Source: Octopus sinensis
Lineage: Eukaryota
Direction of reading: 5' to 3'
Assembly (NCBI RefSeq): GCF_006345805.1
Contig: NC_043015.1
Location: 53,820,002 to 53,884,001 of the forward strand
DNA: 64,000 nt
The first letter of the stretch is position 1. Each line of letters begins with the position of its first letter. Shown one piece after another: positions 41,369 to 53,764 of the stretch. The translations under genes and the position numbers were made by a program. The notes beneath the pieces are model-generated. The model was given only the letters and a program-made list of their open reading frames with translations. It was not told the DNA's origin and searched no databases.

Positions 41369-41759
41369 TTGTATTTTTATATGTATATTTATGTAAATAT
41401 ACATATCGTTTTATGTGTGCTTTCGCAACATGAATGAAATATCTAACTTTTGTTAGATACTTATAGGAACGCCAGTCATTTTTCCCATTCTCTCTCATTT
41501 TCCGTTTATTTTCTTTTATTGCATTTTCTGTTGTAACAACTAAATTGTATAAGCATACACCTGGAGGTTTTATGGACGTGCGTGTGTGTGCGTGCTTACA
41601 TATATATGGATTTGTAATATTTATGTTTTGCTTATATAGGTCTGTATGTATGTAACCATCTACCTATGCCTGTATGTGTAGTGTATATATGTATATTATA
41701 GATTGCTTGGTAGGTGTTTGTATTTCTAAATGTACATGTATTTCGGCGTGAAATTTTAT

Positions 41760-42300
41760 TTGAACGGATATATATATCTTTTAAATTATTTCTACAACTA
41801 ATTATTTACCTTAGGTATCCAGGCCTTTTTCCTTCTACATAAGCTATTTTTGATACGAGGTTTACTTCGATTTTTATAATAATATGATTTTAAACCGCAA
41901 TTGTTACTTCATGCTACCGGTTATTGTAAAGACCGTTAGTTGAAAGGACCAACGAAACAAAACCATTTTCAAAGGCGTGTCTATCAAAATAATTGGGGTT
42001 TTTTTCTGCATATGACTTCATCTTGCTCCATTCTAAACAAAACTGTCCGATGAACGGGAACGTGAAACTCTGAGTAACAGTTTTCGTGATATTTTTGCTG
42101 CTTTTTAACAAAGCATATTACTCTACCTCTGGTATTTGAGTACTATTTTTTCCACCTTGTTTTGCATTTATGTGCTTACTCTGGTGCATATATATATATA
42201 TATATGGTTTATGAGAGATAATGGTGTCATTGAGACCTGATGGCGTCAGAAAATGCTGTCTAAGTGCTATAGATAGATCATAGTTAAGTTCCAGGTTCGG
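41760..42300 (-). mobile_element. Possible second Penelope-like remnant (linker/GIY-YIG region)
   Basis: Weak: FTFPFIG and CGLKSYYYKNRSKPRIK resemble decayed LPYIG and C..YIG.T.R.L..RI.EH motifs. Confidence 0.35.
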
Positions 42301-42349
42301 TGATTATGCGAATAAGGAGTTCAACGTTGGTCATATGTCAGTATGTGTA

Positions 42350-42630
42350 TATAAAAAAATTTATGAGATAAAAAACCAAGGCTGTGTTTATTTTAGAACA
42401 TTTAAAGATAGAAGGTCTTACAGCTGTTTCCAGGATATTTATTATATCACTTCATTGGAGACGGTGTGAGAAGATGATTAAGAACTATATTAACTATTTC
42501 TCCACTATCCTCTCACACCGTCTCCAATGAAGGGATATAATAAATATCCTTGAAACAGCTGTAAGACCTATGTATAAATTTTCTAAAATCTTCAGTCTTG
42601 GATTTTTAATCACATTACGAAAAAAAAGTA
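42350..42630. mobile_element. Head-to-head inverted repeat of a pLTR-like sequence, each arm with an HHR-like motif (H4)
   Basis: 42520-42567 (+): GUCU-CCAAUGA-AGGGAUAU-AAUAA-AUAUCCUU-GAAA-CAGCUG-UA-AGAC; mirror copy at 42462-42415 (-). Confidence 0.75.
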
Positions 42631-42680
42631 TATATATACATATATCATATATATATATATTATATATATATATATATATA

Positions 42681-43946
42681 TAATTAATCAATATAGGGTG
42701 GCAAAAAATTTCGTAGAATTTTTTTGCCACCAGCGGCCTAGTGGGAAAAATTAAATAGTCATAGACCATTTATAAGTTCAACATCACGATCAAGGAACGG
42801 CCATAATAGGCCATTCACCCACTAGAAATAACAGCCAAAGCTTCAACCGCAAAATAACATTAATTCCGCAGACCAGGAGAAAATTAAAAAACATTTACCC
42901 CCGTAATTTCTTTATACGATGCACCGTTACATCTATTGTTTAATGGTAAACTAACCTGATTAAATTAAATCAAGCCAATCTTCCATAGGCCGATAGATTC
43001 GTCAGTAAGTACAGCCAGATCGGAACCAGATTTTTCACGAGGCACTTCCGTCCCTGCCTCGGCAATATCTGACCTAAAATTTTCAAATCATCGCACTCGC
43101 GCCAAATTTATCGGCAGCAAATATAAGCCGCCGATTCCATTACGGAATTAACCAGAAAATTCATAATTAATTAATATAGGGTGGCAAAAAATTTCGACGG
43201 AAGTGCCTCGTGAAAATATCTGTTCCGATCTGGCTGTACTTACTGACGAATCTATCGGCCTATGGAAGATTGGCTTGATTTAATTTAATCAGGTTAGTTT
43301 ACCATTAAACACTAGATGAAACGGTGCATCGTATAAGAAATTACAGGGTAAATGCTTTTTTAATTTTCTCCTGGTTTGCGGAATTAATGTTATTTTGCGG
43401 TTGAAGCTTTGGCTGTTATTTCTAGTGGGTGAATGGCCTATTATGGCCGTTCCTTGATCGTGATGTTGAACTTATAAATGGTCTATGACTATTTAATTTT
43501 TTCCCACTAGGCCGCTGGTGGCAAAAAAATTCTACGAAATTTTTTGCCACCCTATATTGATTAATTATGAATTTTCTGGTTAATTCCGTAATGGAATCGG
43601 CGGCTTATATTTGCTGCCGATAAATTTGGCGCGAGTGCGATGATTTGAAAATTTTAGGTCAGATATTGCCGAGGCAGGGACGGAAGTGCCTCGTGAAAAT
43701 ATCTGTTCCGATCTGGCTGTACTTACTGACGAATCTATCGGCCTATGGAAGATTGGCTTGATTTAATTTAATCAGGTTAGTTTACCATTAAACAATAGAT
43801 GTAACGGTGCATCGTATAAGAAATTACAGGGTAAATGTCTTTTTAATTTTCTCCTGGTTTGCGGAATTAATGTTATTTTGCGGTTGAAGCTTTGGCTGTT
43901 ATTTCTAGTGGGTGAATGGCCTATTATGGCCGTTCCTTGATCGTGA
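42681..43946. mobile_element. Retrozyme-like element: 483-bp HHR-bearing unit as inverted 1.07-mer (42681-43196) plus 1.55-mer (43197-43946)
   Basis: Period 483 (acggaagtgcctcg at 43197 and 43680); left part is the reverse complement of the same unit; no ORF; flanked by (TA)n. Confidence 0.85.
43239..43337 (+). ncRNA. Canonical type I hammerhead ribozyme with expanded stem II (H5)
   Basis: CUUA-CUGACGA-AUCUA-[58 nt]-UAGAU-GAAA-CGGUGCAUCG-UA-UAAG; predicted cleavage after A43333. Sister copies (about 43722-43820 +, 42911-43010 -) have GUAA instead of GAAA. Confidence 0.85.
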
Positions 43947-43985
43947 TATATATATATATATATGTATGTATATATATATATACAT

Positions 43986-44016
<31 letters not shown>

Positions 44017-44913
44017 CATATATATATATATGTCTGTGTGTGTGTGTATGCTTGTATGTATGAGAGAGAGGGGTGGGAGAATTTGCCTGTTTGCATTTAG
44101 ACATAAGCCATACACACAGTCAATAGAAGTAATAAAGCAGGTACATATTTACGTCGGCAAGCAATATACTACTGCCTATCGCATATAATTGCTTAATATA
44201 TGTTACTGTCGGTTTTGTGTCGAATAATGCCACGGGAAAATATTCACGTCTCTTCAGACATGCTGGCCGGAAGCGCATAGACTCTTTATCGCTGGAGGTA
44301 CAGAGAATCTAACTTGAATTGGCGGCAGCATAACGACAGTACAGAATTTTGAGTGAAAATTTGTTCGACCGATCCAATTTTTTTTTCATTGTTTGATCTC
44401 ACTTCCATTTTGTAAATACATATATACTCACACAATTGTCGTTTACCCAAATGAATCAAAACTATTTGATCGGGCCGTGAATATAAAACAAAATACTAGC
44501 AGACGGTAATTTCCAAGAGCATCGAAATGCATCATTCTATTAAGCGACGCTGTGACCTGTTGCCCAATGTTGTCCATAAAGTGATTTACCGTCTTTTTAA
44601 TCGATACATGCTTTATGAAATTGCTTACGATTTTTCTTATAGTATATATTTTCTTTAACGAGTAGCTACGATCACTTCTCTAACAAGATTAAACACTATG
44701 CATTTTGCGCCATGGATTTTGTCTTTCCCTTTCTGTTATTATTTGTCTATCTGTCCATCTATCTATCGGTCTGCTTTTTCTGTCTGTCTGTCTCTCGCTT
44801 TCTCGTTCTCTCTCTCTCTCTTTCTTTGTCTGTGTGTGTGTGTGTTTCTTTCTCACTCAAATATATAGTATATATATATATATATATATAGATATATATA
44901 TATATATATAATC

Positions 44914-44959
<46 letters not shown>

Positions 44960-45187
44960 CTTAAGAACGGTTAAAGTGAACCGGTGAACAAGTTAGAAAA
45001 ATAACTAAGACGATGGCGGAAGGGTGAGTTAAGTAATAGACGTGAATATAGATACAAATATAGATAAGAAGTACAGAGAGAGACGGGGAGAGAGAGAACG
45101 ATAAATAGGCAGAGAGGGAAACAGAGGGAGACAAAAAACAGACATCCAGAGAGAAAGATGGATAGAGAGAAAGAGCGAGAGAGAGTA

Positions 45188-45223
<36 letters not shown>

Positions 45224-45857
45224 AGAGACTGAAGAGTGCAAAAAAAAGTGCTACCACAGTGGAAGAGATACAATTGAAAATAAAAGAAGGCAAATCAAGA
45301 GAAACTGAATGAACGAAGTGGTTATGGAAAGCGCGGAAAATCAAACTAGAGAGAAAGAAGAAAGAGAGATAGAGACAGTGGAATTTACAATGTGCGATTG
45401 AGTGAAAGAAAAATTGAGCGGGAATATACGAAAATAAAACCAAAGAGCTTGAGGGGTGATGGTAGAATCGAAGAGAGAAGTAATCGAAGATGTGAGTTAT
45501 TTTGTAAAGTATTTTTTAAAAATATATCAAATGGCGCGAAATGAGAGACAAACGACAATGAAAAAGACAAACAAAAGTGCGAAAAAGAACGAAGGAAAGA
45601 ATGTTGAAGAGAGAGAAAGAAAGAAAAGGAAGGAATGAAAAAGCGAAACTTAGATGAATGAGTTAGAGGAAGAAGGATAGACATAAGGTGGTGAAGACGA
45701 CGAGGAAGCAAAATTAGATAGAAACGAAAAGAGAGGAGGAAAGCCAAAGAAGTAAATCGAATGAAAACCGACCAGAGTGAAAGAGATGGAGGCAATGAAG
45801 GAAAGTGGCGATACGAGAAAGAGAGAGAAGATACGTGAGAGAGTAGTGGTGGTAGTG

Positions 45858-45894
<37 letters not shown>

Positions 45895-46019
45895 ATGGGG
45901 AGAGGCGAAAGGGAAGCTATTAAAATGGCAATCTTTTCAAACAATGCTAACAGCTGTTTTCAATAAAATTTCATTGAATATTTCAACGGCTCCGTTTGCC
46001 TCAATCTCTGTCTGTTTCT

Positions 46020-46113
<94 letters not shown>

Positions 46114-46329
46114 CTATCCATCCATTCATACCTCAATCTATCTCTCCTCTCTCTATGTATCTTTCGCGCTCTCTTTAACTCCACTTCCCTTGTAGCCTTC
46201 TCTCCTGAGTCAATTTTTCTTCTATCGTTCAATGCTTTTCCTTGATTGTCTCAATTGTAAAGCCAATGCCAATTCGACACAAGACATTCTTTTGCCAAGT
46301 TTTAAGCCTAATGCACACTGACTCCGTAC

Positions 46330-46362
<33 letters not shown>

Positions 46363-46514
46363 TTTCCATATCTTTCGTTCCAGTTCAGCTTCTTACTTTC
46401 ATTCAGTGAATTTCTCTCTTTTTGTTTCTTTGTCTCTATGACATTCCCATCTTTTCTCAGTCTCGTTTCTGACACCATCTATCATGAAATCTCTCTCTCT
46501 CCCTCTCTGTTTAT

Positions 46515-46549
<35 letters not shown>

Positions 46550-46554
46550 TATAT

Positions 46555-46656
<102 letters not shown>

Positions 46657-46681
46657 ATCTATACATATATATACATATATA

Positions 46682-46713
<32 letters not shown>

Positions 46714-47048
46714 ATGTATATATATATAACATATATATATATGTATATGTATGTCTAATATATATATACACACACATATATAATATGCACACACACAAAC
46801 ACACATACAACATACATATATACATATTTCTATAAATATGTTTATAATCTATCTATCGAACTAGCATCCAATCAATCGATCGATCAATCAATTAATCAAT
46901 CAATCAATCAATAATTCTATCAAATTACCTATCTACGCATCTATCTATCTGTATGTCTAGCTATCTATCTACCTATCTATTTATTTGTCTCTTTGCCTAC
47001 ATATCAATCAGTCTATCTATCTCTCCATCCATCTGTCTATCTGCTTGT

Positions 47049-47148
<100 letters not shown>

Positions 47149-47605
47149 TCATTTTCGTATCCATGTCATTTTTCGTCTTCTCCTCTTGTCAGGGAAATTA
47201 CGACTTGGGCTTTTTAGCCATTCACAATCCAACCTAATCAATCAACATACTTTACATATGTCCTGTATATATTCTGTTGCAAGAAAACTTGCTACAAAAC
47301 ATCACACCGCGTCATTCTATTCTTTTCCCCTCTCCGCGCTCTCCTGCATCCACCTCTGCATCCATCTATGCATACATACGTACATACATACACACGAACA
47401 CACGCTCACATAGACATCTATACTCACATATACACACATATTTATGTAGCATGGCCACAGTCAAATGACTGATAGAGATTAAAGGAATATACATATATAA
47501 CACACACACACACATACATACATACATACACACATATATATTTACTATAATATGTATATATACATATGTATATATATATATACGCATATATAAATATATA
47601 TACAT

Positions 47606-47650
<45 letters not shown>

Positions 47651-47676
47651 AAATTACAAAACACACACATTAGACA

Positions 47677-47722
<46 letters not shown>

Positions 47723-47742
47723 ATATACATTCGACGATGGCA

Positions 47743-47781
<39 letters not shown>

Positions 47782-47799
47782 ATACACACACACACATAG

Positions 47800-47875
<76 letters not shown>

Positions 47876-48339
47876 ATATACATTCGAAGATGCAATCACA
47901 TATACATATATATATATATACATACGTACGTACATAGATATCCCGCCAAACCGTAATTCATTCAATGCCTAACCCAGCCTACTCACATGCAACACAACAC
48001 AAAACATACTTTCCACCTACATGTGCCCCCCACCAAGCACTGTCACATGACCGCCTCCCACCACTACCACCACCACCACTGTCTTACCATGCATCCGCCT
48101 CCGCCGCTGACACCGCCGACGCCGTCGCCGCCGCCACGGTACCGTTCCCTTACCGTCGTCCCATTCATCCGTCCTTTCTTTATTCACAGCTTTCTATTGC
48201 TTCGATGCAAAAATATAGTCACTTATGCAGTTAGCTTGCTTACGATATCAACTCGGTGCACAGTATGGCTGCAGTGAAACAAAAGCAGGTCTATTCTTTG
48301 GACCAGTCAAAATAGCTGCCAAGAGATAAAGGACGAGGG

Positions 48340-48887
48340 GAGGGGGTGAATGAAAGGAAAAGAAGGGAAAGGAAAGAGGAAGGGGTAGAAAAGAAGAAGA
48401 AGAAGAAAATGAGAGAGAGAGAGAGAGAGAGAGAGGTTGACAGATAAAGACATGGTGAGTGATGGGAGGGAAAGATAAACTATAAGTGAACGAATGATAA
48501 ACCGTGAGGTCAGAGAAAGGTAGAGATATGTGTGAAAAAGAGAGATGAGAAAGAGAGAGAGAGGGGCTGACAGACGAAGGAAAGGCAGGAAAAGAGAGAG
48601 TGAAAGACAGAGAAAGAAAAGAAATGAAAGAAAGAAAGAAAGAAAGAAAAGAGAGACAGAAAGAAAAGAAAGAAAGGTCAGTGAATATGAACGAAAGACA
48701 GAGTGAGGATAGAGTGAGAGATAGACAGAGAGAGAGAGAGAGAGTGGGAGAGTGAGTGGGCTGGTAGATAAAGAGATGGCAGAGAGAGAGAGAGTGGGGA
48801 AGACAGAGAGAGAGAGGGGCGCTGGTGAACAAAGATGGCAGAGAGAGTGAGAGTGAGGAAGTCAGAGCGGAAAGCAGAGAGAGAAAA

Positions 48888-48930
<43 letters not shown>

Positions 48931-49286
48931 CGAGAAAGAAAGATAATAAATAGGAAATAATGATACAGTGAAGATTGAGAGAAATAGACGCATCGAGGGA
49001 GAGAGAGAGGAGAGAGAGATTGAGAAAGATTGAGAGAGATAGAGAGAGAGAGTGGGAGGAGTGAGAGACAATATAACTAACAGTGATCACGTGCGAAAGA
49101 GAGAAAGATAGGCATACATACATAGATGTGGACGAGAAAGAGAGGGAGAAAATATATGTGAAAATGTGACAGCGGCTAAAAGAGAAAAGGAGAGAAAGAT
49201 AGAGAGAGAAAGATAGAGAGAGACACACAGACAGAATATAGGTTGAATTGCGATATAGAGGGAAACATAGAGATGTCCATGTGAGG

Positions 49287-49341
<55 letters not shown>

Positions 49342-49376
49342 CAGACAGACATACAGACAGACAGACAGACAGACAG

Positions 49377-49429
<53 letters not shown>

Positions 49430-49486
49430 CAGACAGATAGATAGACAGACAGACGGATAGACAAATAGACAGATAGAGAAATAGAC

Positions 49487-49519
<33 letters not shown>

Positions 49520-49544
49520 TAGACAGACAGACAGACAGACAGAC

Positions 49545-49586
<42 letters not shown>

Positions 49587-49588
49587 AC

Positions 49589-49632
<44 letters not shown>

Positions 49633-49756
49633 TGATAGATAGATAGATAGATTGATAGATAGATAGATAGATAGGTAGGTAGGTAGGTATGTAGGTAGGT
49701 AGGTAGGTAGGTAGGTAGGAAGGCGGAGAGTGAGTTAGGGAGACAGATATAGACAG

Positions 49757-49792
<36 letters not shown>

Positions 49793-49940
49793 TGAGAGAA
49801 ATATGTACAAATGTAACAAACAGCAAGAATAAAAATGAAACAAAGTATGCAAATGGTAAAAGAGAGACATGGAAGTAAGGGGGAAGAAAAGGGAGAGAGA
49901 GAAAACGAAAGCGAAAGAGAGAGAAAGGGGGAAAATAGAG
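48340..49940. repeat. ~1.6-kb purine-rich tract of (GA)n, (GAAA)n, (GATA)n, (GACA)n and (GGTA)n
   Basis: Direct reading; source of the spurious 601-aa ORF. Confidence 0.92.
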
Positions 49941-50319
49941 TAAGTGTATGCGTCTGTGAGAGTGTATGTGTGTGTGTTTGTGTGTCTGTATTTCACGTTA
50001 TGCTTGAGTGTATGTGCGTGTGCATGTGTATATGTGAGTGTATGTGTGTGCATGCTATGAATTAAGTAGCGAGAAGGGAAAGAAAATATCGTAAGACAAA
50101 ATGGCGAGTTGACATGTCAAACTGACTGGACAGTTTTTCTTTCATTTCTTATCTGTTAGTCATTTATTATAAAGGTCGTTTTATTTCATTTTTGTTTGTA
50201 TTCTTCCTTCTTACATCTGTTCCGTGGCGTTCGTTTTGTCATTGCCTAAATGCATAATACTTAACATAAGAATATATGACAGATGTATACATTCCTTCCT
50301 CTATATATGTACATACATA

Positions 50320-50358
<39 letters not shown>

Positions 50359-50384
50359 CATGTACACAAATATGTAGTATATAG

Positions 50385-50480
50385 ATCTGAAAGAACAACA
50401 AATAGTGTGCATTAGTTTGACGCCCGGGAAATGTGGAAATAGTCTTTAATATTTCGAGCCTACGCTCTTCTACAGAAAGT
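50385..50480 (-). mobile_element. H3 pLTR fragment with variant hammerhead (50444-50479)
   Basis: CUUU-CUGUAGA-A-GAGC-GUAG-GCUC-GAAA-UA-UU-AAAG. Confidence 0.6.
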
Positions 50481-50924
50481 ATAGAGGAGGAGAGAAAGAG
50501 GAGTGCCTGAATTAAACGTCCAAAGAATTATACTTTTATACATATGCATATTCTTGCACAACTCTCTGTCTCTCTTTGCCTCTCTCTGTCTCTCTCTCTC
50601 TCTGTCTCGATATATCTATGCATACCTATATACATAGCTTAAAGAGACAATAGCCGTAGAAGCAACAAAAAACGTACTCCATCCAGTGACAGATGAATAT
50701 CAATCCGATACGTAATCGAAAAAGCTATCATGTTTCCTGATACTTGAACAAGCATATCAGAAAATACGCTAAGATACATGGCGTATTCTATAACTCTCTA
50801 AATAAATTGATATATATATACATCTGAATATGAAGATATAATATATATTATATATATTATATATATATATATATATATATTATACACGCACATTAACACA
50901 ACAAATATAAATCTATATATTCCT

Positions 50925-51083
50925 TTGTAATTTTATCTGTTTCAATCATGCAGACGTGCAACAGCACCACCTTTAGTTGAAGACATCAACCCTAGGACAT
51001 ATTCATTGTGAGACTTCTAAGTTATGGTGACGTAAACACACCAACATTGGTTGTCAATAGATGAAGGCGGGACAAATTCAGAC

Positions 51084-51121
<38 letters not shown>

Positions 51122-51139
51122 CAGACACACACACACATG

Positions 51140-51173
<34 letters not shown>

Positions 51174-51337
51174 GTATATATAAGTATATATATAATATCT
51201 ATATGTCGGACTTCTTTCAGTTTCCGTCTACCAAATCTATTCATACGCGTTTGGTCGGCCCGAGTCTATAGTAGAAGACTGAACCCGGAACCTTGAGGTT
51301 CAGAAGCAAGCTTCTTACCACGCCACTACGCCTGCGT
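50925..51337 (-). mobile_element. SINE family A, diverged copy
   Basis: Head gtagacgcaggcgtagtggc, gggttcagtc, CORE-like remnant, internal microsatellite. Confidence 0.8.
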
Positions 51338-51540
51338 CTACATACATGCACATACATATATATATGTATATATATATTTATTTTAACACACGGTTTCACA
51401 TCAAGAAACTTGCAACACAAATTGATAAATATATATGTATATATATATTGAAATGTATATATATACTGAAATGTTCACTATAAAATTATTTTAGCATTTT
51501 CTATTTTTTACTTGTTTTTTCATATATATATATATATATT

Positions 51541-51696
51541 ACGTACCCGCAACTTAGCACTTCGGCTAAAGACACTGATAGAATAAGTACCAGGGTTAAA
51601 ACGGGAGGCCTAGATTTGATTCGGTCCAGAAATATTTCTACAAGGTTTTACCCAAGCATGGCCGCAGTCAAAAGACTGAAACAAGTAAAATGTAAA
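51541..51696 (+). mobile_element. SINE family A 3' fragment
   Basis: cccgcaacttagc..gatagaataagtaccagg..agcatggccgcagtcaaaagactgaaacaagtaaaa. Confidence 0.75.
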
Positions 51697-52187
51697 ATCT
51701 AACAATATGAAATACAACTCACTGCTTCTAGTATATTAATCCTATTTGTTTCCACCCAGCCCTCTCCTGTTGCTGACAAATGGCCGTTGTCTGCAGCCCA
51801 CAATGTATTAATATATGTACAATGAATAAATCAGAAATGAAAAGACAAAAATATTAGCTTCATAGAGAGGCTAACACTCTTATTAAATGCCAAAGAAACA
51901 GATTTATATGTTAGAAGACGTCGTTGAAAATTTATTAGGCGAACGCAAGAAAACATCGCCATGTTATGACAAATATCTTTACCGGAAGTATATCTAGGAA
52001 ACGGGCTACTGAGAGGAAAGAGATTATATAATTTGTGGTGATAAATTTTGTTGAAATATGTTTATTAACAACTTTCGTTGTTTAACAAGTGTTTAAAATT
52101 GAAGTAAATTAATTTAACATATTTTTACTTTGATTTCGGTTTTCTTTTTGCAGAGAAATACGGACGTTTCTTTTGATTTTTATCAAA

Positions 52188-52222
<35 letters not shown>

Positions 52223-52449
52223 ATTACTACATATAAAGTATACACAAACACACGTGTGTTTAGATATATATATATATATACAAACATACATACATATATA
52301 CGCATAGAAGTACATATACATGCAATGGATAAATTGTCGCCATTTTATTTTTGTCTTTATTTCGCGCATGCAGTTTGCTTGTTTTTGATTTTTTCGACTA
52401 CACAGTATAGCAGGGTTAGTTGGGTACCCTCTGTGAAAAAAACAGGACC

Positions 52450-53010
52450 ATGAGGCAATTCAAACTGCGAGAAATTTGGAAACGACATGCTGTATTACTT
52501 GGAATTCGCGCCTGAAGCTCCAATACGAACATCTCAAAGTGTTTGGATGTCAAACTAAGGACGGTGCAGTCAGAGGACATGTACTGAGAGGGATAACAAT
52601 ATAGTTAACAGCATGGTGTTTGAAGTGATCACAAGTGATGGCGACGTTCTGCCTCCATTTTTCTTCACACACGGCTTCATACTCAACATGGGGGTCTACA
52701 TCAAGTGCTTTGAGGAGGTAGTGCTGCCTTGGGTCGAGATGGTGGCTGCTGGAAGAACCTATGTCCGACAACAGGACTCTGCACCATGCCACACAAGCAG
52801 AGGTATCTAGTTATTGCTGTCAGACTATTTCTGCGACCATATCACCTCTAACATCTGTCCACTTAACCCCCAAGACTACAACCCACTTCATTATTATGTG
52901 TGGGGTGCAGTTGAACGAGAGAGTAACATAATTCCTTGTAATACCAAAGATGAACTGAAGGGAAGGATTATGGCCGCATTCACCAACTTAAGCAAGGAGA
53001 CCGTATGCTA
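52450..53010 (+). mobile_element. maT/DD37D-like Tc1-mariner remnant, internally deleted
   Basis: MVFEVITSDGDVLPP..YVRQQDSAPCHTS..NPQDYNPLHYYVWGAVERE..NTKDELK; short N-terminal piece MRQFKLREIWKRHAVLLGIRA upstream. Confidence 0.85.
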
Positions 53011-53060
53011 GTATTCATGTATATATGTATATATGTATATATGTATATATATATATATAT

Positions 53061-53158
<98 letters not shown>

Positions 53159-53199
53159 CATATATATATAAATAAATGAAAGAATGGAGTCGAACGAAG

Positions 53200-53520
53200 A
53201 TGTTAACAAAATTCCTTTACTCCCAGTTATCCAAGAGAATTTCAAACCATTATTCAACATTCAGGGATAGTAAAAAACGACATAGTACAGGGCTAAGTAA
53301 ATTAGTTTGGCGTCTTAAAGACAACAATATAAATTTCAAGTTAGATTGGTTCATACTGTCTGCATCCTTTCCTTTTGATAAGGGCAGGAGATTTTGTAAC
53401 ATTTGCAACTCTGAACTCTTCCATATTCTCTTCTCTAAGGTTCCCCTTGTAAACACACTCATAGAGAAATCATACAAATGTAAACACTGGCAGAAACATA
53501 CTTTTTACTCATATAAATGA
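53200..53520 (+). mobile_element. Penelope-like GIY-YIG endonuclease C-terminal remnant
   Basis: KRISNHYSTF..STGLSKLVWRLKDNNINFKLDWFIL..RFCNICNSELFHIL..CKH. Confidence 0.8.
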
Positions 53521-53621
53521 TAACGATAGTCACTGTGGTTTGAACAATTAGCTTAACATGCACTCCACTTCAATAGCGAAATTCTTTCCTAAGCCTTCGA
53601 ACATTCTTTCAATCCCTCTCC

Positions 53622-53654
<33 letters not shown>

Positions 53655-53660
53655 ATATAT

Positions 53661-53735
53661 ACTTTGATACTTTGATAGGTTTCGGCCATTATTGGCCCAG
53701 GCCATGTCTAACTTAATAGCACCACCTGGTGCTAT
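53661..53735 (-). mobile_element. CR1-like LINE extreme 3' end (subfamily with (ATCAAAGT)2 tail)
   Basis: ggtggtgctattaagttagacatggcctg shared with 7812-7840; compensated terminal hairpin. Confidence 0.75.
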
Positions 53736-53764
53736 ATACATATATATATGTATGTATATAGTTG

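Noticed and set aside
42681-43946. CRISPR-like or prokaryotic/phage interpretation of the repeat array
   Set aside because: The unit is 483 bp with no repeat-spacer alternation and no cas or prokaryotic genes; the context is entirely eukaryotic.
47660-47910. ~150-bp local duplication (a similar ~130-bp one lies at 30340-30540)
   Set aside because: Ordinary slippage or unequal exchange within microsatellites.
47960-48160. GC-rich (ACC)n/(GCC)n patch with a GTAAG donor on the minus strand
   Set aside because: Low-complexity sequence with no convincing acceptor or recognisable protein.
48248-50053. 601-aa ORF on the minus strand
   Set aside because: It is a translation of (CT)n/(CTAT)n/(CTGT)n repeats ([12 protein letters not shown] runs) with no domain content.
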